Assembly (NCBI GenBank): GCA_963802455.1 | Contig: CAWDIY010000036.1 | Span: forward strand, 16,052 to 80,051 | Origin: an uncultured Alphaproteobacteria bacterium | GTDB taxonomy: Bacteria; Pseudomonadota; Alphaproteobacteria; Rhizobiales; Rhizobiaceae | DNA length: 64,000 nucleotides | Direction: 5' to 3' | In this document: positions 38,646 through 50,029 of the stretch, in pieces | Numbering within the stretch: the stretch's first letter is position 1 | Layout: each line of letters starts with the position of its first letter | Made by a program: the position numbers and the translations under genes | Notes under the pieces: generated by a model | Told to the model about the DNA's origin: nothing | What the model saw: the letters and a program-made list of their open reading frames with translations, nothing else | The model's database searches: none

Positions 38646-41306
38646 GGGTGTTGACCGTTCCTCGCTGCGTTGTCGATCATGGAAAACTCCTCGTCTTGCA
38701 CCATGACAAACAGGCACTTGCCGTCAGAGCGCTCGGCCCAGAACTCGCCGACGAGCCGCTTTTCTTTGGAATCATCATTGGAGAAATCGCGTTTGCTTTT
38801 ATATTCGATCACCAGGACGCGTCCGTCGTTCAAGAACGCGACAAAATCCGGATAGAACTTGTCCGACCCCGTCTGCAGCCAGAACGAATTCGGTTGGCGC
38901 GATGTGTTGCGCAGCCAGGCCTTGATGTGGGGATTGCGCTCGATCGCCACGGCGCACTTATGTTCCTCGCCCGCCGCTTCAAGGTCTCCGACGACGCGGA
39001 ACAGGTGCTTCTTGAAATCCGTGCCGCCTCTATAGGGCTGATTGTAGCCATAGCGGTCTTCCTCAAACACAAGCTCGATGTCGGCGCTGGTTTTGAATTC
39101 AAGTCCGCTCTGCGGGAACAGCGCGCGCCCGAAGGCGGCTTTTTCGCGTTCGTCGCGGTGCTTGGCGATCACTTTGACGAATGCGTCGACAAGCCGGAAA
39201 TTCGCCCGCGCCAAGGCTTCAAGGCTCATGCCGGTCTGCGCTGAAATTTCGTCCAGCGCCTTGGAAATGAACAGGGTCGAAGAGACGCGGGTGATGTCGC
39301 GGCGCGACGAAAACGGCAAACGCCGGTCTATCCAGTTGACAAGCGCACCCCTTGTCCAGCCGCGGCCAGCCAGCGCCATGGAAAGCTGCTCATGCAGGTC
39401 GGCGACGAATTCGACCCTCACTTTCTGGGCGGCGTCCACATCGATATGGGCTTCTTCGGCGGCGTTTTTCGGCGGGACGAAAAAATCAAGAACCGGCGCG
39501 GCATCGTCTTCCTCAAGTTTCCAGGGAGTGTCGAGAAAATGCGCCCGGTCGAACAATTGCCAGTCCTGCCCGGCGCGCACGGCCAGTTGCGGAACGGCAA
39601 AGCGAATGGTTTGGGCGGCCGGATCAGGCGCTTTCAGCCGCGCGCCGCGCGAACGGTGCACCAGCGCGTCAATAATTGCCGCCGCCGCATCCGGCATGGC
39701 GAGCTGCATCGCCTTGCGGTCATAATCCGACAGCGCGCCGCGCGCCCGGACGCGCCGGTTTCAGATCGACCTCAACCCGACCGCCCGTGGCCCTCTCGAT
39801 ATTGGTCTTGAACGAAGCTGCATCCATGCCGGCAGGCAGCGCCTCTTCATGGACGAAGGCCGAACCGCCTTCCTCCATGCCGGGGATGGACGTTTCGGCG
39901 GCGCGCACCAGCGCCTGCGCCTCCACCTTTTCGAACCCGTTGTTCACCAGACCGTCGCGCAGCGTGCCAGCGGCGTTTTGAAAGCTTGTCGTGGTGGCGA
40001 AGGCATAGGCGCGGTTCAGGTCTTCATGTTTTTTCCACGAGGCGCGCGGCAGGCGCAGCACGCGTCCGAGAAGCTGTTCCACCGCGCGCGGCGATTTCTG
40101 TTCCGCCACCGAACACAGGACATAGGCGAAGGAGCAGTCCCACCCTTCTTTCAGGGCCTGCTGCGTGATGATGAAACGCACTTTGCAGTCGCTGTCGAAA
40201 AGATCGACGCCGTCCAGCCCTTTCACATCGCCGGTCGCGATGACGATATGGGCTTCCGGCACGCGGAAATCATCGGTCAGAAGCTTTTTCACCTCTTCGG
40301 CGTGAAGCGTCGGTCTGTCTTTCGATTTGGCTTCGGACTGAAGCAGCATCACCGGGCGGATGAATTCGCCTGTTTGCTTCTCTTCGGCGCGCGCGGTTTC
40401 GTTCAGCTCGTCAAGCCATGCGATGGCGTCGCCGATGGTCTCGCGCGGGTCGGCGCGTCCGCGCAGAATGATCGGCAGCTTGATCATTTCCGCCGCCTTC
40501 AGTTCGGCGGCGGACACTTGGTGCAACACATTGGAGGCGTAAATGCCCTTGTCGGGCCTGTGCTCTTCCGGCGTCACCGGCGTTGCGGTGAATTCGACAA
40601 TCAAGGAGGGTTTGAGCCGCGCCAATGTGTCAAAGGACAGGTCGGTGCGCGCATTGTGGGCCTCATCGACAATCACCATCGGGCGGCGCAGGCGCAGCTC
40701 ATTGGCCAGCGAGCGCACTGGAGCGACCGGACGGCCAGCACTCCAGCGCGCCGCGCAAAGCGCCGTCAAGCCCGGTGAAATGGTCCATCAGCTCGCCATT
40801 TTCTTCATAGACTTTGCGGCCTTCGGTCTCCTCGACGCGGAAGGCCTGGATGGTCGCAACGATCACCACCGCGCCGCCGTCATAATCGGCGCGTTTGGCG
40901 TAGAGCGCGTCGGCGACGCGTCATCACCCGGACATTTTCGCCGAAGCGCTCGGCAAGAGCGCGGCGGTTCGGGTGCGCCCGGTCCTGCAGGCTCGCCAAT
41001 GTCTGCTCGCGGATCGTCTGCGACGGCACCAGCCAAAGCGCGGTGGGCGCGTCAGTGCGCAGGAAACTGTCGGCGGCGATGGCGAGCGAATGCGCGCAAG
41101 AATGGTCTTGCCGCCGCCCGTGGGGATGCGCAGGCAGACATAGGGCAGGCCGGGCAGGCTTGGCACATGCTCATAAGGTGCGGTGGGTGAGCGCATAAAA
41201 GGCCGTGTCGGCGTCGTTCAACTCCACTGTCTTTTCAAGATATTTGCGCAGCGCGGCGAGCGTCTGGACTTGATAGGATCTTCAGGCTGAAAACGGGCAG
41301 GCTCAT
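38642..41306 (-). pseudogene. res: Type III restriction enzyme Res subunit (SF2 helicase plus C-terminal PD-(D/E)xK nuclease), at least 6 frame breaks
   Basis: ATG 41306 follows the rhuM stop. Pieces include YQVQTLAALRKYLE, motif I LRIPTGGGKTILA, motif II MVIVDEAHN, a helicase C-lobe in ORF 39720..40769 and nuclease-like DFVAFLNDGRVLVIEYK in ORF 38642..39709. Breaks lie near 41272, 41180, 41095, 40920, 40735 and 39750. Confidence 0.8.
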
Positions 41307-42357
41307 TCAGGACTTGCCCTTCTTTTTCAGTGACGCTGGTTCTGCTGCGGCGATCATCCGCGACGCATCGCGCTCAAAATCGCTTTCAAACGCGCGGTCC
41401 TGCGACACCCGGTAAGCTTCGTATTCCCTTTCCACTAATGCCTTGGCCACAGCGTGCGAAACCTTGCCCGCGTCAGCCAGGATTTCGTATTCATTGAATG
41501 TCAGAAATGCGTCGAGCTTGGCGATCCAGTCTTTCATTTTCATGGGAATTTGGCGCGCCGCCTGATTTTCCGCGAAGTCGAGATACATGGACACGATGCG
41601 TTCGAGCGCCTTGATTTCGTCCTCTTCAAGATAGTTCTTGGCGATCGGAACATCGGATTTGACGATCTTGCCGGTAGGGCGCGTTCTTCCATGTTGTCAG
41701 CCCCATATTCGGCTTGGCTGCGTCGGCGCGGGAAGCGATGATTTCGGCAGCGGTCTTGCCGGTTATGGCCCAGTGCAGCTTGTTCTGCACCGTTTTGAAG
41801 AACGTGTCAGTGATTTCGTCGTCCTTGCGGTAGTCGATGCTGCATTGCTCATAGATATCGGTGATTTTGAGATAGAAGCGCCGTTCACTGGCGCGGATTT
41901 CGCGGATGCGCTCAAGCAGCTCGTCGAAATAGTCCGTGCCGAACATTTTGCCCTGTTTCAGCCGCTCATCATCCATGGCGAAGCCCTTGATGATAAATTC
42001 GCGCAGCACCGAAGTGGACCACTTGCGGAACTGCGTCGCCTGGCGGCTGTTGACGCGGTAGCCGACAGCGATGATCGCATCCAGATCGTAGAAGCTTGTC
42101 AGATAGCTTTTGCCGTCGCTGGCAGTTATCCGGAATTTCCGGATAACTGAATCCTCCATCAGCTCGCCAGTCTTGAACAGGTTTTGCAGGTGCTCGCTGA
42201 TGGTGCGCACATCCACGTCGAACAGTTCCGACATGCGCTTCTGCGTCAGCCAGAAGCTTTCATCTTCGAACAGAACCTCAACGCGGACCGCGCCGGAGGG
42301 GCCGGTGTAGAGCAGGATTTCGCCTTCGCGCGGCACTGTTTTGTCCGCCATGCTCAA
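41307..42357 (-). pseudogene. rhuM: RhuM family protein, one +1 frame break near 41678
   Basis: ORF 41626..42357 continues in ORF 41307..41594: ...TTWKNAP|TGKIVKSDVPIAKNYLEEDEIKALERIVSMYLDFAENQA.... An extra base in ggg 41677-41679 accounts for the shift. Confidence 0.75.
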
Positions 42358-43974
42358 AGCCCCTCAATCTGATAGGGCACCTGCTTGAAGGTGACGCCGA
42401 GGCGGGAGAGGCGGTCTTCGGGCACGGTGCAGCCTTCGCCATAGACGATGCGCGCGCCGGAAAAGCCGGGCTCGGGCAAGGGCAGCTTTTCGAGCGCGGC
42501 TGATGTGAGCACATTGCCGGCCTTGGCGCTGGCGACGCCGACCGCCTTCGCATTGTGCAGCAGATAGATTGCCCTTCCCTGAAACGCGCCGATCAGCGGC
42601 GTCGCGCCATCGGCGCGGCGCGGAATGGGCGAACCCGTCTCGCAGAAGAACACATGGGCGGCAAGGTCCGGGAAGGTGACGGCGGGGCTGACATTGCCGT
42701 CGGCATCGAACAGCGGTTCGCCGAGAGTGCAGAAGCGGAAGCCGGAGCCGCCCTTCCAGCTGACCTCGGCGGAAATGCCGCCTTGTTCGCCTTCGACCAC
42801 TTTTTGATATCGCGGCACAATATGAGATGCGGCGTGTGCGCCCATTTCAACGCCGATGTGCTTTCGCCCCAATTTGTGGGCAACAGCCCCCGTCGTTCCG
42901 GAACCAGCAAAAGAATCAAGGACCAGTTCGCCGGGTTCAGACGCCAATTCGACGATGCGCCGAATGAGTTTTTCAGGCTTCGGCGTCGGAAATGGATCAT
43001 CGGGAATAAGAGATAGCTGTTCCTTTCGCCCATCTTGCGTATGGCTGACTTCATCCGCAAAGCCAAATCGTTTGTGCGTTGGTGCCTTCGGAACGAAGTT
43101 TGTCGCGAAAGCGCTTAAGCGCGGGCACGCTGTTGCGGCCTTCCTTCCCCCACCAAATTAAATCGTTCGCGACATTAGATTCGTGAGCTTCGCGGTTAAA
43201 CCGCCAACACGCCCGTCCGCTTGGGCCATATCTCTTGACCAGTGTTTGGCGTTCACAATCGGATAGTATAGGTTTGGTCTTTCATCGGCATTGCTTATTG
43301 CAAGTGTAATCGCCAGCCTTCCAAACGCCGCGTTCGATCGCCATCTGGATTTTTGTAGGCAGCGTCGGCTTTTTCGGTGCGCACAAGCTTGTTGGAGCCG
43401 CCAACGTCTCCTTGGAAAGCGCATATACTACGATGTGATCGTGACTTTCTGACAGCCATAGAGCATCGTTCGCCGGTGCGTATTTTTTCTGCCAAATCAC
43501 ATTCGAAATGAAGTTCCGACGGCCAAAGATTTCATCAAGGATGAGCTTCAGCCCGTGAACTTCATTGTCATCAATGGAAATCCAAATCGATCCATCCTCG
43601 CTCAAAAACTCCTTCAGCAGCCTCAGGCGCGGATACATCATGCACAGCCATTTATCGTGGCGCGACAGGTCCTCCGCCTCGCGGCCGACGACCGCGCCGA
43701 GCCAGGCTTTGATCTCCGGCGAGTTGACATTGTCATTGTAGACCCAGCCCTCATTGCCGGTATTGTAGGGCGGATCAATATAGATGCATTTCACCTTGCC
43801 GGCGTAATAGGGCAGCAGCGCTTTGAGGGCTTCCAGATTGTCGCCCTGCACCAAGAGATTGCCTGCGTCCGGATCGCCGGCGCTCTTGTCCCTGTCGCAG
43901 TGGATCAGCCGGTAGGGCACATCGCGGTGATGGTTGACCACCGCCTTTTTGCCGATCCAGTCGAGTGTGGGCAT
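42354..43974 (-). pseudogene. mod: Type III R-M Mod subunit (N6-adenine DNA methyltransferase, beta class), at least 6 frame breaks in the central target-recognition region
   Basis: ATG 43974 (MPTLDWIGKKAVVNHH...). Catalytic motif IYIDPPYNTG lies in ORF 43282..44148 and AdoMet motif VLDSFAGSGTTG in ORF 42354..42947. The centre (YKNPDGD / ERGVWKAGDYTCNK / ADERPNLYYPIVNAK / TGQEIWP / WRFNREAHESNVANDLIWWGKEGRNSVPALKRF / VPKAPTHKRFGFADEVSHTQDG) is scattered over all three frames between about 43100 and 43410. Confidence 0.8.
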
Positions 43975-44065
43975 GAATGATGTCTTTCCGAAGCGGGCGG
44001 AAATTTCCCGCGATTCGCGCATGGGTAACATCGTTCGCTGCGTCTTGCCACCGGTGGAACGGGCA

Positions 44066-44090
44066 CAAAAAAACCCGCTTGCGCGGGGTT
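44066..44090 (-). terminator. Rho-independent terminator downstream of tRNA-Leu
   Basis: On the minus strand: aaccccgc-gcaa-gcgggtt followed by ttttttt. Confidence 0.65.
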
Positions 44091-44104
44091 TTGCAAAAAT
44101 CAAA

Positions 44105-44189
44105 TGGTGCCCTGAAGAGGACTCGAACCTCCACGCCTTGCGGCACACGGACCTGAACCGTGCGCGTCTACCAGTTCCGCCATCAGGGC
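44105..44189 (-). tRNA. tRNA-Leu (anticodon CAG), CCA encoded
   Basis: Minus strand: GCCCTGATGGCGGAACTGGTAGACGCGCACGGTTCAGGTCCGTGTGCCGCAAGGCGTGGAGGTTCGAGTCCTCTTCAGGGCACCA. It has a 7-bp acceptor stem, anticodon stem CACGG/CCGTG with loop TTCAGGT, a long variable arm and a GTTCGAGTC T-loop. Confidence 0.9.
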
Positions 44190-44239
44190 AACGGGGGTTC
44201 CTTTAGGCAGGGCGGGGGATGGTGTCAACGGGGGTGGCA

Positions 44240-44404
44240 GCCTTCCCCCTTGCGGGGAAGGTGGACGCGGAGCGGACGGATGGGGGTGGTGCGAAAGATG
44301 CTGAAGGCGCAGGATGAAGCGCTGCGGCCATGTTCTGCGCCACTGCATCTTCCTCACCACCCCCATCCGCGGCTCACGCGACACCTTCCCCGCAAGGGGG
44401 AAGG
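44240..44404. repeat. Large inverted repeat (about 60-bp arms) built on family-2 REP units
   Basis: Left arm 44240-44301 (gccttcccccttgcggggaaggtggacgcggagcggacggatgggggtggtgcgaaagatgc) is an imperfect reverse complement of right arm 44345-44404. The central spacer is 43 nt. Confidence 0.8.
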
Positions 44405-44410
44405 CTGGAG

Positions 44411-45031
44411 CTAGCCTTCCAGCACTTCTTTCGAAGCCACCGTCGAATCCGCGTTCAGCTTGTAAATCACCGGCACGCCGGTCGCGAGCTCCTGTTTGAC
44501 GATCTGTTCCCCGGTCAGCCCGTCCAGCGCCATGATGAGGGCGCGCAGGGAATTGCCGTGGGCGGCAACGAGGACCGTTTCGCCGCGCAGGACATGCGGC
44601 TGGATCTCGTGCAGGTAATAGGGCCAGACGCGCGCGCCAGTGTCTTTCAGGCTCTCGCCGCCGGGCGGGGGCACGTCGTAGGAGCGGCGCCAGATGTGCA
44701 CCTGCTCCTCGCCCCATTTGGCTCTTGCGTCGTCCTTGTTGAGGCCGGACAGCTCGCCATAGTCGCGCTCGTTCAGCGCCATGTTTTTGATGGTTGTCAG
44801 CGAGGGCTGGCCGACGCCGTCGAGAATGTACTGGCAGGTGCGCTGCGCCCGGATCAGCACGGACGTGTAGGCGATGTCGAACTTGAAGCCTTTGGCATTG
44901 ATTTTCGCGCCCGCCGCTTTCGCCTCCTCATGGCCGAGCGGCGACAGGTCCGGATCGCGCCAGCCGGTGAAGAGGTTTTTCAGGTTCCATTCGCTCTGGC
45001 CGTGGCGGACAAGGACAAGGGTGCCGGACAT
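44411..45031 (-). CDS. gpmA: 2,3-bisphosphoglycerate-dependent phosphoglycerate mutase
   Basis: ATG 45031. The N-terminus [24 protein letters not shown] contains the RHG catalytic motif. Confidence 0.9.
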   Translation of the reverse strand: MSGTLVLVRHGQSEWNLKNLFTGWRDPDLSPLGHEEAKAAGAKINAKGFKFDIAYTSVLIRAQRTCQYILDGVGQPSLTTIKNMALNERDYGELSGLNKDDARAKWGEEQVHIWRRSYDVPPPGGESLKDTGARVWPYYLHEIQPHVLRGETVLVAAHGNSLRALIMALDGLTGEQIVKQELATGVPVIYKLNADSTVASKEVLEG

Positions 45032-45044
45032 GTGGTTTTTCCTT

Positions 45045-45861
45045 TTAATCGTTGAGGTCGAGAACATCGCGCATCGAATAAGATGCCGGGTTTTTTGCCC
45101 TGCGCCCACAGTGCGGCGCGGATGGCGCCGGCGGCGAACATGTCGCGGTTGACGGCGTGGTGGGTGAAGGTGATCTGCTCGTCTTCGCCGGCGAAGATCA
45201 CCGAATGGTCGCCCGCCACCGAGCCGCCGCGCAAAGTGGCGAAACCGATGGCGCCTTCGGGCCGCGCGCCGGTATGGCCGTCGCGCACGCGCACGGAATT
45301 GTCTTTGAGGTCAATCCCGCGTCCTTTGGCCGCCGCGCCGCCGAGGAGAAGCGCCGTGCCGGAGGGCGCATCGATCTTGTGCTTGTGGTGCATTTCCAGA
45401 ACTTCAATGTCGAAGTCCTTCGGCCCAAGCGCCTTGGCTGCCTTCTCGATGAGGACGGACAGGATGTTCACGCCGAGGCTGTAATTGCCGGACTTGACGA
45501 TGGTGGCATGGCGCGCGGCGGCGGAGATTTTCGCCTCGTCCTCCGCGTTCAATCCCGTCGTGCCGATCACATGCACGATGCGCGCCTGCGCGGCGTAACC
45601 GGCAAACTCGACCGTTGCGGCGGGAATGGTGAAATCCAGCACGCCGTCGGCATGGGCAAAGGCGCGCAGCGGGTCGTCGGTGATGGGAACGCCGAGCCTG
45701 CCGACGCCCGCCAGTTCGCCCGCATCCGCGCCGAGCTGCGGCGCGCCCTGGCGCTCGACAGCGGCGTGAAGGATCACGCCCTCTGTCTGCGAAACGGCGC
45801 GGATCAGCGCCTGTCCCATGCGGCCGGCCGCGCCGGTGACCACCAGTTTCATCTTGCTCAT
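45045..45861 (-). pseudogene. dapB: 4-hydroxy-tetrahydrodipicolinate reductase, one +1 frame break near 45080 affecting the last ~11 codons
   Basis: ATG 45861 ([16 protein letters not shown]). After correction the C-terminus reads ...[17 protein letters not shown] with stop 45045-45047. As given, the frame runs on to 44980. Confidence 0.85.
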
Positions 45862-46877
45862 GTCCGCCAATGCCGCCCGCTCATGTTGACGCCGAAATTG
45901 AAAGGATTGCGCGCGAAGGCCGCAAGGCCAATCACCGCCGCCAGCGGATGCGTCATCACAAAGACGGGCATTTTTGACATGATCTCACTGTGCGGGGCCT
46001 TGTCGCTGAACGCGGCGCGGAACGCGCCCTGTTTCAGAACGGGCAGGATTTTTTGCGCGATGCCGCCGGACAGATAGACGCCGCCCTTGGCCATGAACAC
46101 CAGCGCAAGGTCTCCGGCCAGCCGTCCGAGGTAGGTGGCAAACAGGGTCAGTGTCTCAACAGCGGCGGCATCGCCCTGCGAGGCGGCCTCGGTCACTTCC
46201 TTGGGTTCCGCGAATTTCGGCGCCGCGCCATCCGCCATGCAGATCGCGCGGTAAAGATAAACCATGCCGCGCCCGCACAGGATCTGCTCGGCGGAGATGC
46301 GGCCCTCAATCGGCTCCAGATGCGGGAATATTTCAAAGTCGCGCGCTGATCGTGGACCGACATCAACATGGCCGCCCTCGCCGGGTATCGGCTGCCAGAT
46401 CCCGCGCGCATTGATGAGGCCCGCAACACCCAATCCGGTGCCGGGCCCCAGAACGACGCGGCCTGCAGTCGGGTCAATATCTCCGCCGCCGATCTGTTCG
46501 AGGTGCTCCTTGTCCAGTGCCACGACAGCGAGCGCCTGCGCCTCGAAGTCATTGAGCACGAAGACTTCCTCAAAGCCGAGCGTTTGCATCATCACTTTGG
46601 GGCGCACGACCCAGGGGCAGTTGGTCAGCTCGATCTCATCGCTGTTGATCGGACCGGCAATGGCGAGGATCGTGGTCTTAGGCGGCTGCGGTGCTTCGGG
46701 CAGGATGGCCTGGCGGATGGCATCGTCAATGTTCTTGTAATCGGCAGTGCGCACATTCGGAAACGAGATCAGCTCGGCATCCTTGCTGGTCAACAGGGCA
46801 AAGCGGCCATTGGTGCCGCCAATATCGCCGACAAGCACGGGGTATTTCACGCTTTCCAATATGTTTCCGCCCGCCAT
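45858..46877 (-). CDS. glk: Glucokinase
   Basis: ATG 46877 ([28 protein letters not shown]). The stop overlaps the dapB start (ATGA). Confidence 0.85.
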   Translation of the reverse strand: MAGGNILESVKYPVLVGDIGGTNGRFALLTSKDAELISFPNVRTADYKNIDDAIRQAILPEAPQPPKTTILAIAGPINSDEIELTNCPWVVRPKVMMQTLGFEEVFVLNDFEAQALAVVALDKEHLEQIGGGDIDPTAGRVVLGPGTGLGVAGLINARGIWQPIPGEGGHVDVGPRSARDFEIFPHLEPIEGRISAEQILCGRGMVYLYRAICMADGAAPKFAEPKEVTEAASQGDAAAVETLTLFATYLGRLAGDLALVFMAKGGVYLSGGIAQKILPVLKQGAFRAAFSDKAPHSEIMSKMPVFVMTHPLAAVIGLAAFARNPFNFGVNMSGRHWRT

Positions 46878-47054
46878 CACGCGCCCCGCCCCTGCTCTGC
46901 GACAGTCATGGACGAAAGCGTTTTTGCTGGCAAGGGTCCGGCGGCAGGCACCGCCCGTTCCGGCCTTTTCTGGTCGCGCGCAGTCAAGGAAGGCCGCATT
47001 CAATCGTTCCGTTCTAATCGGTTGAACGGCTATACCGGCGCGGCTGGAAAGTGT

Positions 47055-47933
47055 CTAGTTTTGCACCGCCGGCGCTTCAAGAACCTGCACGCAGGCAGGC
47101 GGCAGGTCGGCAAGCGTCAGCGGCGGCTTTTTCTTCACCGGCTTGTCCTTCGGCGCGGGCTTCCAAGGCTCATCGGTGAACCACCAGGCCAGGGACTTGT
47201 CGCATCCCTCGCCGGTCGCGACTTTTTCCTGCCCCTTGCAGCCGGGCGAACCGGCCTGGCATTTGATGCGCATGTGGAAATGGTAATTGTGGCCCCAGTT
47301 CGGGCGGACCTTGGAAAGCCATGCCCGGTCGCCTTTCACTGTGTCACACAACTTCTTCTTGATGCCGGGATGCACCAGAATGCGCTCGACTTCGGGATAG
47401 CTGGCCGCCGTCTGCAAAATGGCGGCGTGCGCCGGCGTCCATATGTCCGGGTCAACGTAGAGCCCGTTGCCCTTCAGCATGGAGAGGGCGCTGATATCCT
47501 CGCGCTCTTTGGCGGAAAGGCGGCGGTTCGGCATCGGGTTCATCCAGATGTCGGCGTCAAGGCCGATCTGGTGCGAGGCGTGGCCGGTCAGCATCGGCCC
47601 GCCGCGCGGCTGCGAAATGTCGCCGACCATCAGGCCCGGCCAGCCGACCTTGGCACCGTCGGCGGCAAGCCTTTTGAGGATGGCGATCAGGTTCGGATGG
47701 CCCCAGTTGCGGTTGCGCGACAGGCGCATGACCTGCCAGTTCGGACCGTCGATGGAGATGGCCGCGCCACCGGCAAGACAGCCTTTCGAATAAAATCCAT
47801 ATGACTGCGGCTCAAGCTGAGCCGGCAGCTTCTGCGCGCCGAACAGCTCTTTCGCCGGCGGTTCAGCGAAAGCGGGTGACGCCGCGAGCGCCAATGCCGC
47901 CAATACTGCACGGCCCGTCTGCCTGATATTCAT
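47055..47933 (-). CDS. mepA: Penicillin-insensitive murein endopeptidase
   Basis: ATG 47933 is preceded by ggagg. Signal peptide MNIRQTGRAVLAALALAASPAFA. Zn-site motifs GHASHQIGLDADIW and HFHMRI are present. The ORF-track start at 47960 is an alternative. Confidence 0.85.
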   Translation of the reverse strand: MNIRQTGRAVLAALALAASPAFAEPPAKELFGAQKLPAQLEPQSYGFYSKGCLAGGAAISIDGPNWQVMRLSRNRNWGHPNLIAILKRLAADGAKVGWPGLMVGDISQPRGGPMLTGHASHQIGLDADIWMNPMPNRRLSAKEREDISALSMLKGNGLYVDPDIWTPAHAAILQTAASYPEVERILVHPGIKKKLCDTVKGDRAWLSKVRPNWGHNYHFHMRIKCQAGSPGCKGQEKVATGEGCDKSLAWWFTDEPWKPAPKDKPVKKKPPLTLADLPPACVQVLEAPAVQN

Positions 47934-48009
47934 TCCCGCCTCCGGCGCATTAGATCTCATTCACCCTGACGGTAATATGGTTACCGAAATCTGAACAAAT
48001 TGCGGCAGC

Positions 48010-48879
48010 CTAGCGCCAGCGGCCATTTTGCCACATGTCATCGAGCGCCGCGCGGTAGTTTTGATATTGAAAATTATAATCCATTTTGTGGATTTTGGCA
48101 TTCGAAACGCGCTTGACCTCGCCATAGAAGGAGCGCGCCATCGGCGACAATTCCGCGTCTTCATAAGCCACTTCCGGCGGCGGCTCCATGCCCATCAATT
48201 CTGCGGCATAGGTGACCACATCCTGCGGCGGCGCGGGCTCGTTGTCCGTGACATTGAACAGACCATCCGCCTTGTGGCGGGCAAGCAGCATTGCCGCGCC
48301 CGCTATGTCGGCGACATGAATGCGGTTGAAATATTGTCCCTTTTTGATGATGCGTTTGGCCGAGCCGTCTTCCAGATTAACGAATGTGTTGCGTCCCGGC
48401 CCGTAAATGCCGGAGAGGCGCATTATGGCGAGCGGCTTGGCAGCTTCGTCCGCAACAGCGCGCCATGACGCTTCGGCCTTGAGGCGCTCGATGGAGCGGT
48501 TTGACACGGGCCTGCACTCGGTCTCCTCGTCCACCCATCCGCCCTCATGGTCGCCATAGACGCCGACGGTGGAGAGGTAACCGATCCATTCAAGCGCGGG
48601 CATTATTGCTGAGAGCTGGCCGCTGAGCGCGTTCAGAACCGGATCGCCGGCTGCGTCCGGGCCGATTGAAATGACGAGATGCGAAACCGTTTCCAGGCGC
48701 TTCGCGAGCGCGCCGCCCGGCGCAGATCCATCAAACAGGTATGGTTCGATGCCAAGCTCCGCAAGCTTGACGGCCTTCACTTCAGAGCGTGTCGTTCCCG
48801 CCACTTGTGCGCCTTGTGCGAGCGCCGACTTGGCGATCGCGATGCCGGAAAAGCCGATGCCGAAAATGAAGAGATTCAC
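48010..48879 (-). CDS. SDR-family NAD(P)-dependent oxidoreductase (epimerase/dehydratase-like)
   Basis: GTG 48879 overlaps the queG stop (GTGA). N-terminal Rossmann segment [18 protein letters not shown] 48903 is an alternative start. Confidence 0.7.
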   Translation of the reverse strand: MNLFIFGIGFSGIAIAKSALAQGAQVAGTTRSEVKAVKLAELGIEPYLFDGSAPGGALAKRLETVSHLVISIGPDAAGDPVLNALSGQLSAIMPALEWIGYLSTVGVYGDHEGGWVDEETECRPVSNRSIERLKAEASWRAVADEAAKPLAIMRLSGIYGPGRNTFVNLEDGSAKRIIKKGQYFNRIHVADIAGAAMLLARHKADGLFNVTDNEPAPPQDVVTYAAELMGMEPPPEVAYEDAELSPMARSFYGEVKRVSNAKIHKMDYNFQYQNYRAALDDMWQNGRWR

Positions 48880-50029
48880 CCGCCCGTCCTTCCAAGCGCC
48901 CATTCCGCCAGCACGCTCTCATCCCGTTCAAAAGCCTGCTGCGCGGCGGACTTTTCGGCGAAATTCGCGCCACTGGCAAGCCGGGAAAACGCCCAGACCG
49001 CCGCGCCGCGCAGAAGAGCACTTTCGGCGCTGAGGAATTCTGTGACCGGTGCAATCAGGGATGAGTCGCCGCTGTTGCCCGCCGCAACAAGCACATTGCG
49101 GATGAAGCGCTCACGGCCAATGCGCTTGATGGCGGAGCCGGAAAAGAAGCTGCGGAAAGAAGCGTCATCCAGCGTCAGCAGGAAGGCGAGCGGCGGCGAC
49201 CTTAGGTCATCGCGTGCCTGAAGCTTTGCTTCGCGCGCTGTCTCCGCAAATTTGTTCCACGGGCACACGGCGAGACAGTCGTCGCAGCCGTAGATGCGGT
49301 TACCCATGGCGGCGCGGAACTCGTGCGGAATAGGGCCCTCATGCTCAATGGTAAGATACGAGATGCAGCGGCGCGCATCTAGCTGGTAGGGCGCGGGAAA
49401 CGCGTTGGTCGGGCAGATGTCAAGGCAGGCGCGGCAGGAGCCGCAATTGTCAGGTTCGGGTTCGTTTGGCTCTATTTCCGCCGCGCTGAAAATGCTGCCG
49501 AGAAACAGCCAAGAGCCATTTTGCCGGCTGACCAGATTGGTGTGCTTGCCCTGCCAGCCGAGACCTGCGGCGGCGGCGAGCGGTTTTTCCATGACGGGGG
49601 CGGTGTCAACGAAGACCTTTACTTCAGCGCGGGTAAGCCGCTTCAGCCGTCCGGCGATGGTTTTCAGGCGGCCTTTGATGAGCTGGTGGTAGTCGCGGTT
49701 CCGGGCGTAGACGGAGATGGAGGCGGCGGACTTGTTTCGACAGACTTGTCGAGCGGGTCCGTGTCGGGGCCGTAGTTCATTGCGAACATGGCAATGCTTC
49801 TGACGTCCGGCCACAACGTTCTTGGATCGGCGCGGCGGTCGAGTTCGGATTCCATCCATGCCATGCCACCATGGCGGCCCAACGCCACGAAGTCCCGCAC
49901 CCTTGCACCGGCTTCTGCAAGCCGATCAGGGCCGGTCACGCCGACAGCGTCAAACCCGTGGGTTTCGGCTTCCCGTTTCAGAAACTCAACCGGGTCTTGG
50001 CGCGCGGATTTAGAAGTCGAGGTCTGCAT
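48876..50029 (-). pseudogene. queG: Epoxyqueuosine reductase, one frame break near 49740
   Basis: ORF 49664..50053 (ATG 50029, MQTSTSKSARQDPVEFLKREAE...) continues in ORF 48876..49859 (...[24 protein letters not shown]...). Fe-S motifs [12 protein letters not shown] and CDDCLAVCP are present. Confidence 0.85.

Noticed and set aside
42354-43974. Phase variation (phasevarion) as the explanation for the broken mod gene
   Set aside because: Phase-variable Type III mod genes switch at one long simple-sequence repeat. Here there are at least 6 separate breaks at short runs and no repeat tract.
38642-44104. Calling the R-M region a mobile element (integrative island or IS)
   Set aside because: I could not find an integrase, a transposase, terminal repeats or a duplicated tRNA end. 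Only tRNA adjacency and patchy lower GC support it, so it is reported as a hypothesis and not as a mobile_element feature.
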